A stretch of DNA of 56,056 bases, counting the filler, from Jimgerdemannia flammicorona (taxonomy: Eukaryota), in assembly GCA_003990765.1 (NCBI GenBank). It is 3 parts of 3 records of this genome, joined end to end, with 100 filler letters (N's around TTAATTAATTAA, not from the genome) between each part and the next. Parts side by side here need not be neighbours in the genome. Positions count along the whole stretch, not along the records: positions 1 to 18,620 come from RBNJ01002158.1; positions 18,721 to 37,340 come from RBNJ01002159.1; 1 more part is not named here. One strand, written 5' to 3'. Positions 10,356 through 23,425 of this stretch are shown one piece after another. The first letter of the stretch is position 1. Every line of letters begins with the position of its first letter. The notes below the pieces were generated by a model. It did no database searches. It was not told where the DNA came from and saw only the letters and a list, made by a program, of their open reading frames with translations. Made by a program: the position numbers and the translations under genes.

Positions 10356-13300
10356 ATGAACAACCACCACAACAACTACTCTGACTACAAGAGTCACCCC
10401 TACAAGAATTCAAGATAAGATAGAAATATATCCCCCCACATTCTATAGATATACTACTGAAGAGTCAATCCTGACCTTCATTAAAAACTTTGAACAATTC
10501 ACCACCATATGAGCTCTTGGTATAGATGCACAATTGGCTCTTCTACCTATCAGCCTCAGAGGACCTGCCAGAGACAAGTTCAATACAGCTACTATTGCAG
10601 ATAATGGTGCAGCCAAACTTACCAATATGAAGGCCTTCCTCAGAACAACATACTATACTGAAGAGATCAAACAAGCTCTCAAGGATCAACTCAATACTAT
10701 CTGCCAGAGACTCAGCAAAGATCCCAACTCATTCTATATTTGAATCTACTACCAGATTATCTTGGCTGACTATGATGATGCCCTTAAGAAACAAATAGTA
10801 GATTCAACTCCTCAAAGGAGTTTACCCTGAAATTGCTCTAGCAATTCAGTCTACTCTAGCTGCACTGACTCTTGATCAGAAAGTGGTCTTTGCATAGAGA
10901 TATTGGACTGTCAGATACCCTGCCAAATACTCAATAGAGAAAATAACTGGCATCAAGATAGAGTCATCAAAGCTAACTAGTATTATACCTACTACAGTTG
11001 TAAACAGACAACCATCCCCACCTACCCCCAAGATAGCCAAAGCTGACCCAGTGGAGGAACTCACCAAGTAGTTTGCCAAGATAACTGCATACCTTGGTGA
11101 TGTTATTAGAGAAGTCTGAAGTGACAACAGGAGACCAGTATAGAGATTTGCAGCTACTATAGAAGAATACAATATTATATACTTCAGATATGAAGAAGAA
11201 GGCCACTATGCAAAGAGTTGTATGACTGAAATAAGACACAAAGCCCAACCAAGCAATGCTAGCAGAACTAGAGAACAAACCAATGCAGTAGTTATTGAGA
11301 AGATTGGTGATACTGATAATAAAGAATACTATGAGGAGCTCAAATTCTACCCTACTACTGAAAGTACTAGAATCTGGTCCAAGCCTTATAACAAGAAGAG
11401 CAACAGCAAGCCAGTTGGAAGACCAAAGAAGACCCCAGCTATCACTATTCAAAGTAAGATCCAATCAAAGGAGATTAATCAAGACATAGAGTTAGATGAA
11501 GCTATCTACTAAATCATTGAAGACACTACTCCAGTCTTAGGAGAAAGTAAAAGTAAGAAGAAACAGAAGCTATGCAAGACCAAGATCCACTAGTATGATA
11601 TCTACAAGGACTTTAAGGAATAGAAGGTCAATGCTACTTTTGAACAACTAGCCAAAGTCCCTGCTTTCAGACAGCAGTTGAGAGTAGGACTTGTAACTAC
11701 TACCAAGAATCAAGAGTACAAGATTGTAGAAGCTCACAATGCATAAGAAGATGATCGAGAAAACTCAGGTGAAGAATCTGAAGATCAGTACAAGATATCA
11801 GCCTATACCCCATATCAGATTGAAGATTGTATCTTTAATGCTATTATTGATACTAGTGCTAGAGGATGCCTCATGAGCAAGAAGGCAATTGACCACCTAG
11901 GCTGGGACATTGAAGAGTCCACCAAGATGGTCTATGTTACAGCAGATGGTATATGAGCTACCCCCCTTGGCAAAATCTGAGAAGTCCCCATCAAGATAGG
12001 AGGAGCTACCATCTCAGTAGATGTGATCATTATAAGTATTACTAACTATAACATCCTCATTGGCAACCAATGGCTTCACAAGGTCAAGACCATCATTAAC
12101 CTCAATGCCCAGAAGATGCAGATCAACTATAGAGGAAGAAAGGTATAAGTCTCTATTAATGTCTACAAAGGAGTTCTACCAGACATGGAGAAAGGAGATG
12201 AGGAGGATACAGAAGTCTTCATGCACTTAGTGAACAAGAACAAGAACAAGACACCCAAGCTCACAGATGAGCAGTGGTACATACAACAAGATCATTGATA
12301 GCTATGCTCCTCAAGAAAGATGCCCCCATGGTACTAGGATGTACTGCTCTGAACACCTGAATGACTGCTGGTCCTATATCAGTGAAGTCAGGAAAATCTG
12401 CCAAAAGAAGTATGAGCAAGAAGCTGCTGAAGCAAAAAGGAAAGCCAAAGAAGATGACCAGCCCCCAGAGCTTTAAGCTGACAAGGAGAAACAAGAACCA
12501 GATATTACCCTCAAGATCAAGAAGTTCTACCCTGAAGCCAAGATCCCAGAATATAAGACTGAAGGAGCCATAGGAATGAACCTTGCTAGCATTTAAGATG
12601 CTACCCTCAAACCACAGACCACTACCCTACTTGGTACTGGAATTGGAATCAAGTTACCAGAGAACTATGCCAGAATTATCAAGACCAGGAACAGTCTGAC
12701 CAAAAGCAAAATCTCAGTTGAAGGAGGAGTAATTGATCCTGATTATACTGGTAAGATCTTCTCATAGTCAGGAATCACAACTCCACCACTCCATTTGAAG
12801 TCAAGAAGCATGATAGGATTGGCCAGATGTTGATCCACAAAATCAAGAAGTCCAAGATCACTGAAGTCATTGAACTCATCAAGACTAAGAGAGGAGAACA
12901 AGGCTTTGAATCTACTGGAAGAGGAGTCTATGCTGCTATCAAGATCACCAAACTTGAGTACAAGAAAGACAGGGACCAGAATAAGCACACATATACTATT
13001 GGAGAAAACTTTCCCCTGGAAGAACAACTTCTTAAGATCCTGTATCAGAATGAAGAAGTACTGGCTACAGACTTCAGAGATATCTACAATCAAGAACCCA
13101 AGTACTATCATGAAGTTAACACTGATGATACCAAGCTCATCTACCAGAAAGCCAGACCTATACCACCTGCCTACAGAGAATAGCTGCAAGTAGAACTCAA
13201 GAAAATGGAAGAAACTAGAATCATCAAGCAAGCTATCAGTTCCTGGGCTTCACCTATTGTCCTTACTCTGAAGAAAGAAAATAAGTCTGGAGAGTTTGTA

Positions 13301-14440
13301 CCAAGACTCTGCATTGACTATAGGAAGTTCAATACAGTTACCAAGAAGGATAGGCAGCCCTTGCCAAATATTCAAGAAATCCTTACCACCCTTAGAAGTA
13401 AAGCCAAATATTATACTATCTTGGATCTGTTCTCAGACTTCCATCAGATTGGTCTCACTCAAGATACCAGTGAGAAATCAGTCTTCATTACATCTGATGT
13501 CATCTATATCTACCTGTGAATGCCATTTGGAATGTACAATACACCAGCAAGTTTTTAGTGAATGATGAACAGAGTCTTCAGCAACAAGATTGGAAAATGG
13601 CTCTTTGTCTATATTGATAATATGATCATCTTCAGCAATACTGCATGAGAACATATCAACCATATACAGCTAGCCCTCAAGAAGCTCAAGAAGTATGACC
13701 TCTACATCAAGCCCAAGAAATACAAGTTTGTAGCTCAGGAAATCACCTACCTAGGACACCTCATCAACCAGACTAGAATCCATACAGACTCTATGAAGAT
13801 TGAGGCTGTTGCAGCCTACCCAAGATCCAGAACAACCACAGAAGTCCATGCCTTCCTTGGACTGGCCAGCTACTATAGAAGATTCATCAAAGGATACTCC
13901 AACATTACAGCACCTATCTACAAGCTACTGAAGAAGGAACCCAAATTCAAATAGACCAAGAAATGCCAAAAAACCTTCAATAAACTCAAGACCAGATTGA
14001 CCCAAGCACCTATTCTCAGAAGACCAGATTGGAACCTAGAATTCATCCTGCAGACAGATACAAGTACTATAGGACTTGGAGCAGTACTAGCTTAGAAGAA
14101 AGATAGACATGAATATGTCATCTCCTATGTAAGCTGAGGTACCCATAGAGTAGAACAGAACTACAAGTCATGCAAGCTCAAATGCTTAGCAGTAGTTTGG
14201 GCAGTAGACAAGTTCCACTACTACCTAGCTGAGAAATACTTCACTATTCAAACAGATCATTCCACTCTTACCTGGCTATTCCATACTCTGAACTCCAAAG
14301 AAATATATACCAGATGGATCTACAGGCTATAAGAGTATGACTATACCATCAAGCACTACTCAGGAAGAACCAACACCAATGCTGATACACTCTTAAGAAT
14401 ATCTCAAAACACCTCCATCAAGACTATTCAACATGAATAA
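10356..14440 (+). pseudogene. gag-pol: gag-protease-dUTPase-RT-RNaseH of family B, many nonsense changes
   Basis: CCHC knuckle relic (FRYEEEGHYAKSC, ~11180-11220), protease AIIDTSA (~11840), RT SSWASPIVL / RLCIDYRK / YIDN (~13610), and RNase H LQTDTS, TDHSTL, NADTL. Confidence 0.92.
12501..12922 (+). pseudogene. dut: dUTPase domain within gypsy pol
   Basis: All five trimeric dUTPase motifs are present in order: GAIGMNL, TRNSL, GGVIDPDYTG, DRIGQ, RGEQGFESTG. There is one stop and one frameshift (~12760). Confidence 0.93.
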
Positions 14441-15376
14441 GAAGTTATACTATGGATTAATCAGCTATCTTGAGCAGCAGAAGATGCCCAACTACCTCGA
14501 ACCCTGGACAATTACCATCATTAACCAGACTTAGAAACAGTTTGAACTAGACAATACTATCCTCAGAAAAGGAAGAAAGCTAGTAATACCCAAATATAAG
14601 AAATATCAAGTAATAAAGGAAGTACATGAGCAAGGATATCTAGGAGGAACCAATATATATGACAAGGCAAGAAGAACTATATGGTGGCCCAAGATGGAAG
14701 AAGACCTGTACCAATTTGTCAAAGAGTGTAACAAGTACCAAAAACAGAAATAAGATCAGTAAGACCAGGTATCTGGGTTATCAAGAATTGAGCCTATCCC
14801 CTTCCACCACATTGCAATGAATATTATTGGGCCACTACTAGTAATAATATCAGGAAACTACTATATTATAGTTATTGTAGACCTCTTTACTAAATGAATA
14901 GAAGCAGGAGCATTACAAGAAGCCAATGCCCTCTCTATAGCTAACTTCTTGTATCAAGAAATTATCTGCCACTACAAGACACCAAGACAAATCACCACAG
15001 AAGAATTTGTCAATGGATTTTATGAGTTAATATATCAGAAATATAAAATTCAGTACATCAAGACCACCATATACCACCCTCAAGGAAATGGACAGACAGA
15101 AAGAACTAATAAGATCCTCAAGAACATCTTGATGAAAATCTCAGAGATATATGAGAATTGGAATAACTATCTCTCAACTGCTCTCTCTATTCAATGAGAT
15201 ATACAGTCACAGAGCACACACTTTACCCCAAGAGAACTACTCTTTAGAGAAGAAGATTCTAATAGAACCTCAGCCACAAATCTAGACCTAACTTGGAGAC
15301 AAGTTGATACAGAAATCTGGAGACTACACCAAATCAGAAAGAAGGCTGAAGATTATATCATTAAGTCACAAGTGCT
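14433..15376 (+). pseudogene. int: Integrase of family B in a separate frame (truncated)
   Basis: ATG 14433 begins MNKKLYYGLISYLEQ. Downstream motifs include VHEQGYLG, WWPKM, VKECNK, IIGPL and YHPQGNGQTERTN. Confidence 0.88.
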
Positions 15377-15489
15377 ACTCATTAATATCTTTAGTTAATA
15401 TTATATCTACTATTCAAGGCCTTTTATTATGATTTCTTCTTATCTTTACAATATTAACAATATATTGCTTTCTCTTTAATAGTAGTATA

Positions 15490-16410
<921 letters not shown>

Positions 16411-16434
16411 TAGTTGATAGTTGATGGTTGACTA

Positions 16435-17540
16435 TAGTGCTCTGAATAAGCTAATCTGAATCAATTTAAAGTGGCTTAGAGAGTACTCTGAATGAGCTAA
16501 TCTGGATCAGATTCAAATTCCATCTAGATCAACTTAGATGAGATTCAAATCTCATCAGATTGATTCAAATCAATCATTGTTTTCATTTCCAAATTAGACA
16601 ATTAAATATTTATATTAATAATTCAATAAATAATCATTCAATTTTGATAAATCTTGGTATTATTTAAAAGCTCTTAATAAGATTTTTCTAATTATACCAA
16701 GAATATTGAAATTGGATTATATATTGCTGAGTTATCATGGAAAATATCTGACTTACCAATTTTGGAAATTATTCAACTTAATGATTTTGGAAATTTTTTC
16801 AAAAGAATATTTTCCTTAATAGCTTAGTAATATGTAATCCAATTTGAATATTCTTAATAGTCTTATTAAGGGCTTTTAAAATCATTAAAATTGGATAATT
16901 GTTTATTGAGTATTTAATATAAATATTTAATTATCTAATTTGGAAATCAAAATAATGATAATCTAGATGAAATTCAAATCTCATCCAAGTTGATTCAGAT
17001 GGGATTCAATCCAAATTCAATCTAAATCCATCTGAATTAAATTGACTCATTCAGAGCACTACTTATAGATAGTATAATTTGAAGAGAATTTGACATATTA
17101 ATATTATTATTTTGATTTACAAATTAGATAATTAAATGTTTATATCAATAACTTGATGAAAAATCATTTAATTTTGATAATCATAATATTATTCAAAGTC
17201 TTTAAAGAGACTTTCTAATAATATCAAAAATATTGAAATTAGATAATATATCATCAAGTTATTAATATTTCCAAAATTGATAAGTTAGATGTTTTTCTTA
17301 ATAATTCAGCGATATATCATCTGATTTCAATATTCTTGGTAATTAGAAAGATCTTAATAAGGACTTTGAATAATACTATGATTATTAAAATTAAATAATA
17401 TTTCATCAAGTTATTAATATAAATATTTAATTATCTAATTTGAGAATCAAAATAATGATATTAATATATCAAATTCTCTTTAAATTATATTATCTATAAG
17501 CCACATTGAATCAATCTGAATCAGTTCATTCAGAGCACTA
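16435..17540. mobile_element. Non-autonomous foldback hAT element (MITE), outer copy
   Basis: Perfect 13-bp TIR TAGTGCTCTGAAT/ATTCAGAGCACTA, with a perfect 8-bp TSD GTTGACTA at 16427-16434 and 17541-17548. Confidence 0.95.
16481..17061. mobile_element. Related foldback hAT MITE nested inside the outer copy
   Basis: Ends are GAGTACTCTGAATGAG / CTCATTCAGAGCACTA. The degenerate TSD is CTTAGA(GA) / CTTATAGA. The internal arms resemble those of the outer element. Confidence 0.85.
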
Positions 17541-17919
17541 GTTGACTAACTGCTAAATAATTACTATGTGACTACTGTCCTTGAAATTGAGACTAGTAAG
17601 ATTTACAGTTATATATATATATAATATTGAAACTAGGTATCTCACACTATAGATATTCTTAAAGTTAGATTAGAATTTTATTTTTGAAAAAGTATATCAT
17701 TAGGTATTATTTCAAATTTATTAAGTAATAATAGATAATATTGATAATACAGATTTTTTACATTTTTAACTTTAAGTATATGTCTAAGATTAGAAGGTCT
17801 AATTTTAATAATTTAATAACTCCAGCCTCTTTTAGATTATTACAGATAATGAATAAGGTATAATATTATATTTATTATCATAATCTTTATCTGAATAAGT
17901 ACAAACTTTCTGACTTAAT

Positions 17920-18305
17920 TTATTATTCTATCTTACTCTATTATTTGAGATATTTATCTCAAAACATCTATCTGACTATTGTTCTATCTTACTCTATTAT
18001 CTAAGATACTTATCCTAAGATATATATCTCACTCTATTGTCTAAACTATTTATTCTATCTTACTCTATTATCTATAACACTTATTCTAAAATATCTGTCT
18101 AACTATTACCCTATTATCTGAATCATTGTCTTGCCTAAGATATTTATTTCAAGATATCTGTTTGACTGTTATCTTATTCTACTCTATTGTCTAAGCTATC
18201 TGGTCATTACCTCTATTATCTGGACTATTATCTTATCTATAATACTTATTTTAAGATATTTATCTGATTATTGCTCTATTATCTAAGTTATTATCCTATC
18301 TATCT
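17920..18305. repeat. Degenerate tandem array with TACTCTATT(A/G)TCT core
   Basis: The motif TTACTCTATTATCT(G/A)AGATA recurs many times, and the region lacks CpG. Confidence 0.65.
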
Positions 18306-18620
18306 TTCTCCAGTAATATTCAGGTTACACAATCTTTTAGCAACACTTTTGATATAGTTTCTGGAGATAAGCTACTAGTATCATAGCAACCAACAAGTAT
18401 CCTGAGGTGCATACTGGGCAGGGTGGCCCTGGAGCATTTGAATGGCAGTAAGTGGGGAGAGGCCCTGGCTTGGGGAGAAGTATGAGGGGCCTGCTGATGG
18501 GAGGATGTGGTGGAGGAGGGGGTGGAGCTGGAGGTCAAGGGTCTGACAGAGTGAGCTTTGTGGAGAAGGTGAAGGGGGGTCAGTAGGGAGCTGGACTGGA
18601 GAGCTAGCTGAGGGGGGGGA

Positions 18621-18720
18621 NNNNNNNNNNNNNNNNNNNNNNNNNNNNNNNNNNNNNNNNNNNNTTAATTAATTAANNNNNNNNNNNNNNNNNNNNNNNN
18701 NNNNNNNNNNNNNNNNNNNN
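18621..18720. other. Artificial contig-join spacer
   Basis: N-run containing TTAATTAATTAA (18665-18676), which has stops in all six frames. An identical spacer is at 37341-37440. Confidence 0.97.
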
Positions 18721-19713
18721 TTGTACTATTCGACTATAATTACAGTTTATTTTAATAAATAAATAAAAATATGAATTTAGAAGATTTTATTTTAATCTAG
18801 ATGAAAAATAATTCTTGCTTGCAGATGTAATAATTACCAGAGGTAATTTATATAGTCAGAATATAAGTGTTGGATAGTTAAAAAAAATATAATTAGCATC
18901 CTAATTTACCAGACAGAATGAGATAGTAGAAAAATCAAAGTATAAATTATAATTAGTTTTCAACTAATAACAACTAACTACTTCAATCATATCTTATTAA
19001 TTAATTTAACTACCTATTTAGATTAAAAATTGAATTACCTTACAAACGTGTCAAACATCGTTTGGGTTTAAATTAACGTCCTACACTTATTAAATAAATT
19101 CAAACGTGTGTGGTGAAAGTCAATCGGGGGACGAACAAAAGGAACAGAGATAAGCGACTTCTGTGGCTCAAATAGCTCTAACAGAGCCAATTCTACGAGG
19201 TCAACCTTCACCAAAAATCTCTGCAGGTCGTTGCACGAGAACATGGATTCGTCAAAGGAAAACGGAGCGCACCATTACATGAAGCACATTTACCGTTCGA
19301 GACATGAAAACAAAAGGCTGTTTGGTAGTGACCGAAAGGGACTATATTATTTAAGATTAAAGAGGCCTAGCTTTCTAGTCTTAACTTTCTCATCGTGTAA
19401 TCGGGGCCAACTTGAGAGGTCCGTTGTTATCCGCAAAATTTGTATGCCGAAGAATAGCATGAGGGATTATCACTCGTTCCCATAGGCGGTATTGCGCTTG
19501 CATTTCGTTCTCCGTGGCTTTCGCCATGTCGTGTTTGCAACTCCATACTTACACATACTCAAGTACACAATTGGTCTCCCAATCCCCCAGCGAGCAGACT
19601 CACTTTTTGTATTGCCCAGAGTTGGTACATATATATCCCGAAAATACAAAATAGTCGCGGTATATTGGCTCCGGCTAGCACACGAAGTACACAGGGCGCC
19701 GGACAATAAATTC

Positions 19714-21429
19714 CTACTCAAAGCATACATTCGTTGGGCCCCAAAGCCTGATCGGATCACTGCAAACGATGAATATGCAGTTGCGGTTAGCGTTGACGTT
19801 TCTCCTCGACAAAAACAATATCAGAAAACAAAAACGACGTTTAGAAAAGCAAAAACTAACACAGTCCGATCGGCACGCCCTTCTCCAATCTTCTTGATTG
19901 CGGTCATTTCGGCATAACTCAACGTAAAAATCTCAAGATTGGATTCGATGCGAGCCAGCGTGACGGATTTGGGGACCACTTCCGGGGAGGGAGTTGATGT
20001 TGGAGAGGCGCTTAAGACATTGTGCATTGTCAAGGTCTAGTAGAGGCACGGACAGGAAGTGAACACTCACCAGAATATCCTCTTTGCACGCCCCAGCTGA
20101 GCATGACCTGAGCGGGTGTCTTCCCGTGCTTTTTGGCGATCTGGATGATCTGGATGGGGACGATGACGCGAAATATCATAAATGTTGCCTCAAAGAACCT
20201 GGTATCTTCAAGATCATAGCGTGGAAAAAGGGTTACTGGCATACCACCGGCCCGTCCAAGGCGCCTGTCGTTAGCGGCGAGCCGGGTCTGCCGAGGGGAC
20301 AATACGCCGTGAGATGTATTTTATTTTTTTGGCAAAATTCGAAGAGCTCGTGTTGTTGGAGGTAGGGGTGAATCTCGACCTAAAAATTTTCGTTGCAAAA
20401 ATGAATATAAATACAATGACCAGAACCCAATTCTGCTTCAGCTGGGGGTCTGCAAATCATTTGGAGACCAATATGGAGAATGCGTAGATATACACCTGAT
20501 TCACCGCTGGCGGAATCTCGCAATGATCTAGCAACCTCTGAAGCTGCTTCACCGAAAAATTCGAGACACCAATGCTCCGGACCAAACCAGCACGGACCAG
20601 ACCTTCCATTGCCTTCCACGTATCGAGGTAATCCACCTTCGGGTCCACGACCATATGACCGTCGGCGTTGAAGAGCCTGAGCTCGTCGAATTCATATCCA
20701 GTAAAAGGCCACGCGAACGGCCAGTGTATCAAGTACAGGTCCAAGTATTGCATGCCAAGTTCCGTGAGGGAACGTTGATAGGCGGGGGCAACGTGGGCAG
20801 GCTCATGGCTGTGATGGTAGTATATGCGATGGTGAGCTTTAATGGACGGTTAGGAGGGCGTGATTTGTGTGCATATGGGCCCTGTAACTTACAATGTTTG
20901 AAAGAGCTGATTTTGCAAGTAATGGTGTTATAGCAGTGTTTGTAATTAGAAGAAGGTGGATGCGCAAATGCTCTCAAACAAAGGCAAAGGAATGTTACGA
21001 TATACGTACCTTGGACGTGACGAAAATGTCCTCCCTGGGAACTTTGCTTTCACGGAACGCATCACCGAAAGCCTTCTCGGTTTCGTCTGTTTTGCGTGGT
21101 TATATGTGAATAAAGAAATCCCCGATCAATGCCGTCATATAAATCCAAAGTGGGATCAACCACGGATGTTGATACATACAGGCATATGCAGTATCGAAGT
21201 GCTTGTAGCCGACTTTCAAGGCATGTTTGGACGCTTCATACACTTCAGCAGGGGCGCTGGGCCCACCGACTGAATTGTTTAAATGGTGGGAAAGTACGAT
21301 CAGTGGATCGGAGCGTTAGGCACTAACAGAAATACGAAGGATAGAGCAGGGAGAGTAAGTACATAATCCCATGCCAACAAGCGGAATCTCGTAGCCGGAG
21401 TTAAGTTTGGCAGTAGGGATGGTTGACAT
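19714..21429 (-). CDS. Aldo-keto reductase, multi-exon
   Basis: Spliced translation: [99 protein letters not shown], ending [15 protein letters not shown]. The D/Y/K/H tetrad is intact and the introns are GT-AG. Confidence 0.95.
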
Positions 21430-21555
21430 GTTGGCTGCAAAGGAGTGTGGTTGGAAGATAGCGAGATTGTCTATATATCTACAATATCTGATCCAGCACA
21501 CGTGACGTAATCACGAATCGAAGCTATGTTAATTTTTGTTCTATTTTCCTATTTA

Positions 21556-22092
21556 CAGTCAGACCTCTATAAGTGCAAGCCTTAGGGACCAGCTTTATCT
21601 TGCACTTATGGAGGGTTTGCACTAATGAAATGGCCGCCATACATGAATTCTATTGTGCTGGGCATGACAATTAACTGTTCCCGCGATGGCTAAGCCATAA
21701 GCCCCAACTACATGAGTCATAATTATAAGCTGTACAAAAGCTACAAGCCACAACTGCACAAGCTGTAACTAAACCATATAAGTTACACAAGTCATAACTT
21801 AAGTGCATAAGCCACACAGATCAAACAATAATAGCTACATATTAAAATTAATTGTCTAGTATTTCAAAATTGTAATCAGATTTTTAAGTATATATAATTT
21901 TGCAAAATATCAGTTATATACATATCTTATACTTATAGAGAAAATTCTTATTTAGAGAGATCTGAAAAAATTTTATACTTATAGTTATAGAGAATTTATA
22001 TTTAGTACTAGATTTCAAGCTTGAGACTGAGTCTAACCTTATACTTAGAGATAATTTATACTTATAGAATTATACTAATAAAAATCTAACTA
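21556..22092. mobile_element. Tc1/mariner (pogo-like) MITE upstream of the AKR gene
   Basis: The left end reads TA|CAGTCAGACCTCTATAAGTGCAA. The right end TTATACTAATAAAAATCTAACTA|TA is its reverse complement, differing almost only by G->A/C->T. TTRYACTTAT repeats occur internally. Confidence 0.7.
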
Positions 22093-23376
22093 TATTTTCT
22101 TTTATTAATACTTCTTATTTATAGATATCAAATTTAATAGATAAATAATAATCTAAATTAGTTAGTATTAAATTATCTCTTATTTATTTATTTATTTATT
22201 TATTTTCACAAGATTTCTTACTTAACTTAATTGTAGTGTTCTAATATCTGAATCATTTTTCTATCCAATCCAGTTATAGGACAAATCTGATCTATCTGAT
22301 CTATAGCAGACCCAAGAAACAGATCTAGATAGTAACCAAGGCCTTATATATATATATTTTGTTTTACGGACTCACCAAGTTATATATACATCACACTGTG
22401 AGAAATTGTAAAAAAAAAAAAAAAATCAAAAAATCAATAAAATTCTAGAGTAGAATGGCACAAAGGGCAAAAGTATTTCCAGCTATAAATTCTAGAGTAC
22501 GGCACGGAATATCCCCAAACCCAACCATAGACAGCAAAGGGCGAAATATTAACGAAGATCCAACCGCAACTTATCGAAAGACCTACATGTCGTCGTGTGG
22601 CGTCAAAATTGATATTTATTCGATCGCGTGTTTGACATCTCAACATCATCCTGAGCAATGTTACCTATATGTATCCACCGTTTCATCCTTTTTCTTGATT
22701 ACGAAGGATAATTAACCCCGAGATTGATTCTGAGTAATATCAGACCACGAAGCAGTTACACGATCCGTGGGGCTGCGCGTGAGAAGATTTGCGGCTTAAT
22801 GCAATGATTACTTGATCCGAGCGATGGGATCCGCAGATTCATCACGTGATTTGATTTTTTCGCTTTAGTGGGGTAGGGGTGCGGTTTTCCCATGGTCGAC
22901 TTTGCGTGCAAAACATAGTTTATGCTAAGCAGGCATCTGATTTCTAGTGCCTGCCTGACGTAATGCGCCAGATCATTACGACCGGGGTTGACAGATCGGG
23001 TGTCTCTTATATAGACAGGTGAAACCGTGCTAACTTTACACCGGCGACCCGCTCCGGTGAAATGAAGTTGTACCGCCGACGCGCCATATTATGTCATCCA
23101 AGAACAAAAATTAAAATTAACGAGACGCCATCTGACCTTGGTGTTCGGTTATTTGTGACAACTACGCTTGAAGCGTAGCATGATTCATTTACTGGCCTCC
23201 TGCGAGAATATAATAAGAAGGATTCACATACAAATCAAAGTGTATTTCATAGCTCATTTGATGAACTCTGGAAATCCACTCGAGCTTTGCCATGGTTCGA
23301 AACTGGTTGTTCCAAACCCCAAGGCAATAGCAACATCGCATACCGCCATGTATCGACATACGACATGCACCTTTCC

Positions 23377-23425
<49 letters not shown>

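Larger units (their letters stand above)
8748..15376 (+). mobile_element. Ty3/gypsy family B, 3'-truncated copy (5' LTR, PBS, gag-PR-dUTPase-RT-RH, INT)
   Basis: Colinear with the reverse-strand full-length copy at 39099-47794. Similarity stops at ~15376 within integrase. Confidence 0.93.

Noticed and set aside
18320..18620. GC-richer Pro-rich fragment with a CPVC motif at the contig end (possible LINE remnant)
   Set aside because: Too short and has no diagnostic motif.
18621..18720. TTAATTAATTAA palindrome inside N-runs (also 37385-37396)
   Set aside because: Assembly linker, not biology. Adjacency of the TE blocks and the gene island across these joins cannot be interpreted.
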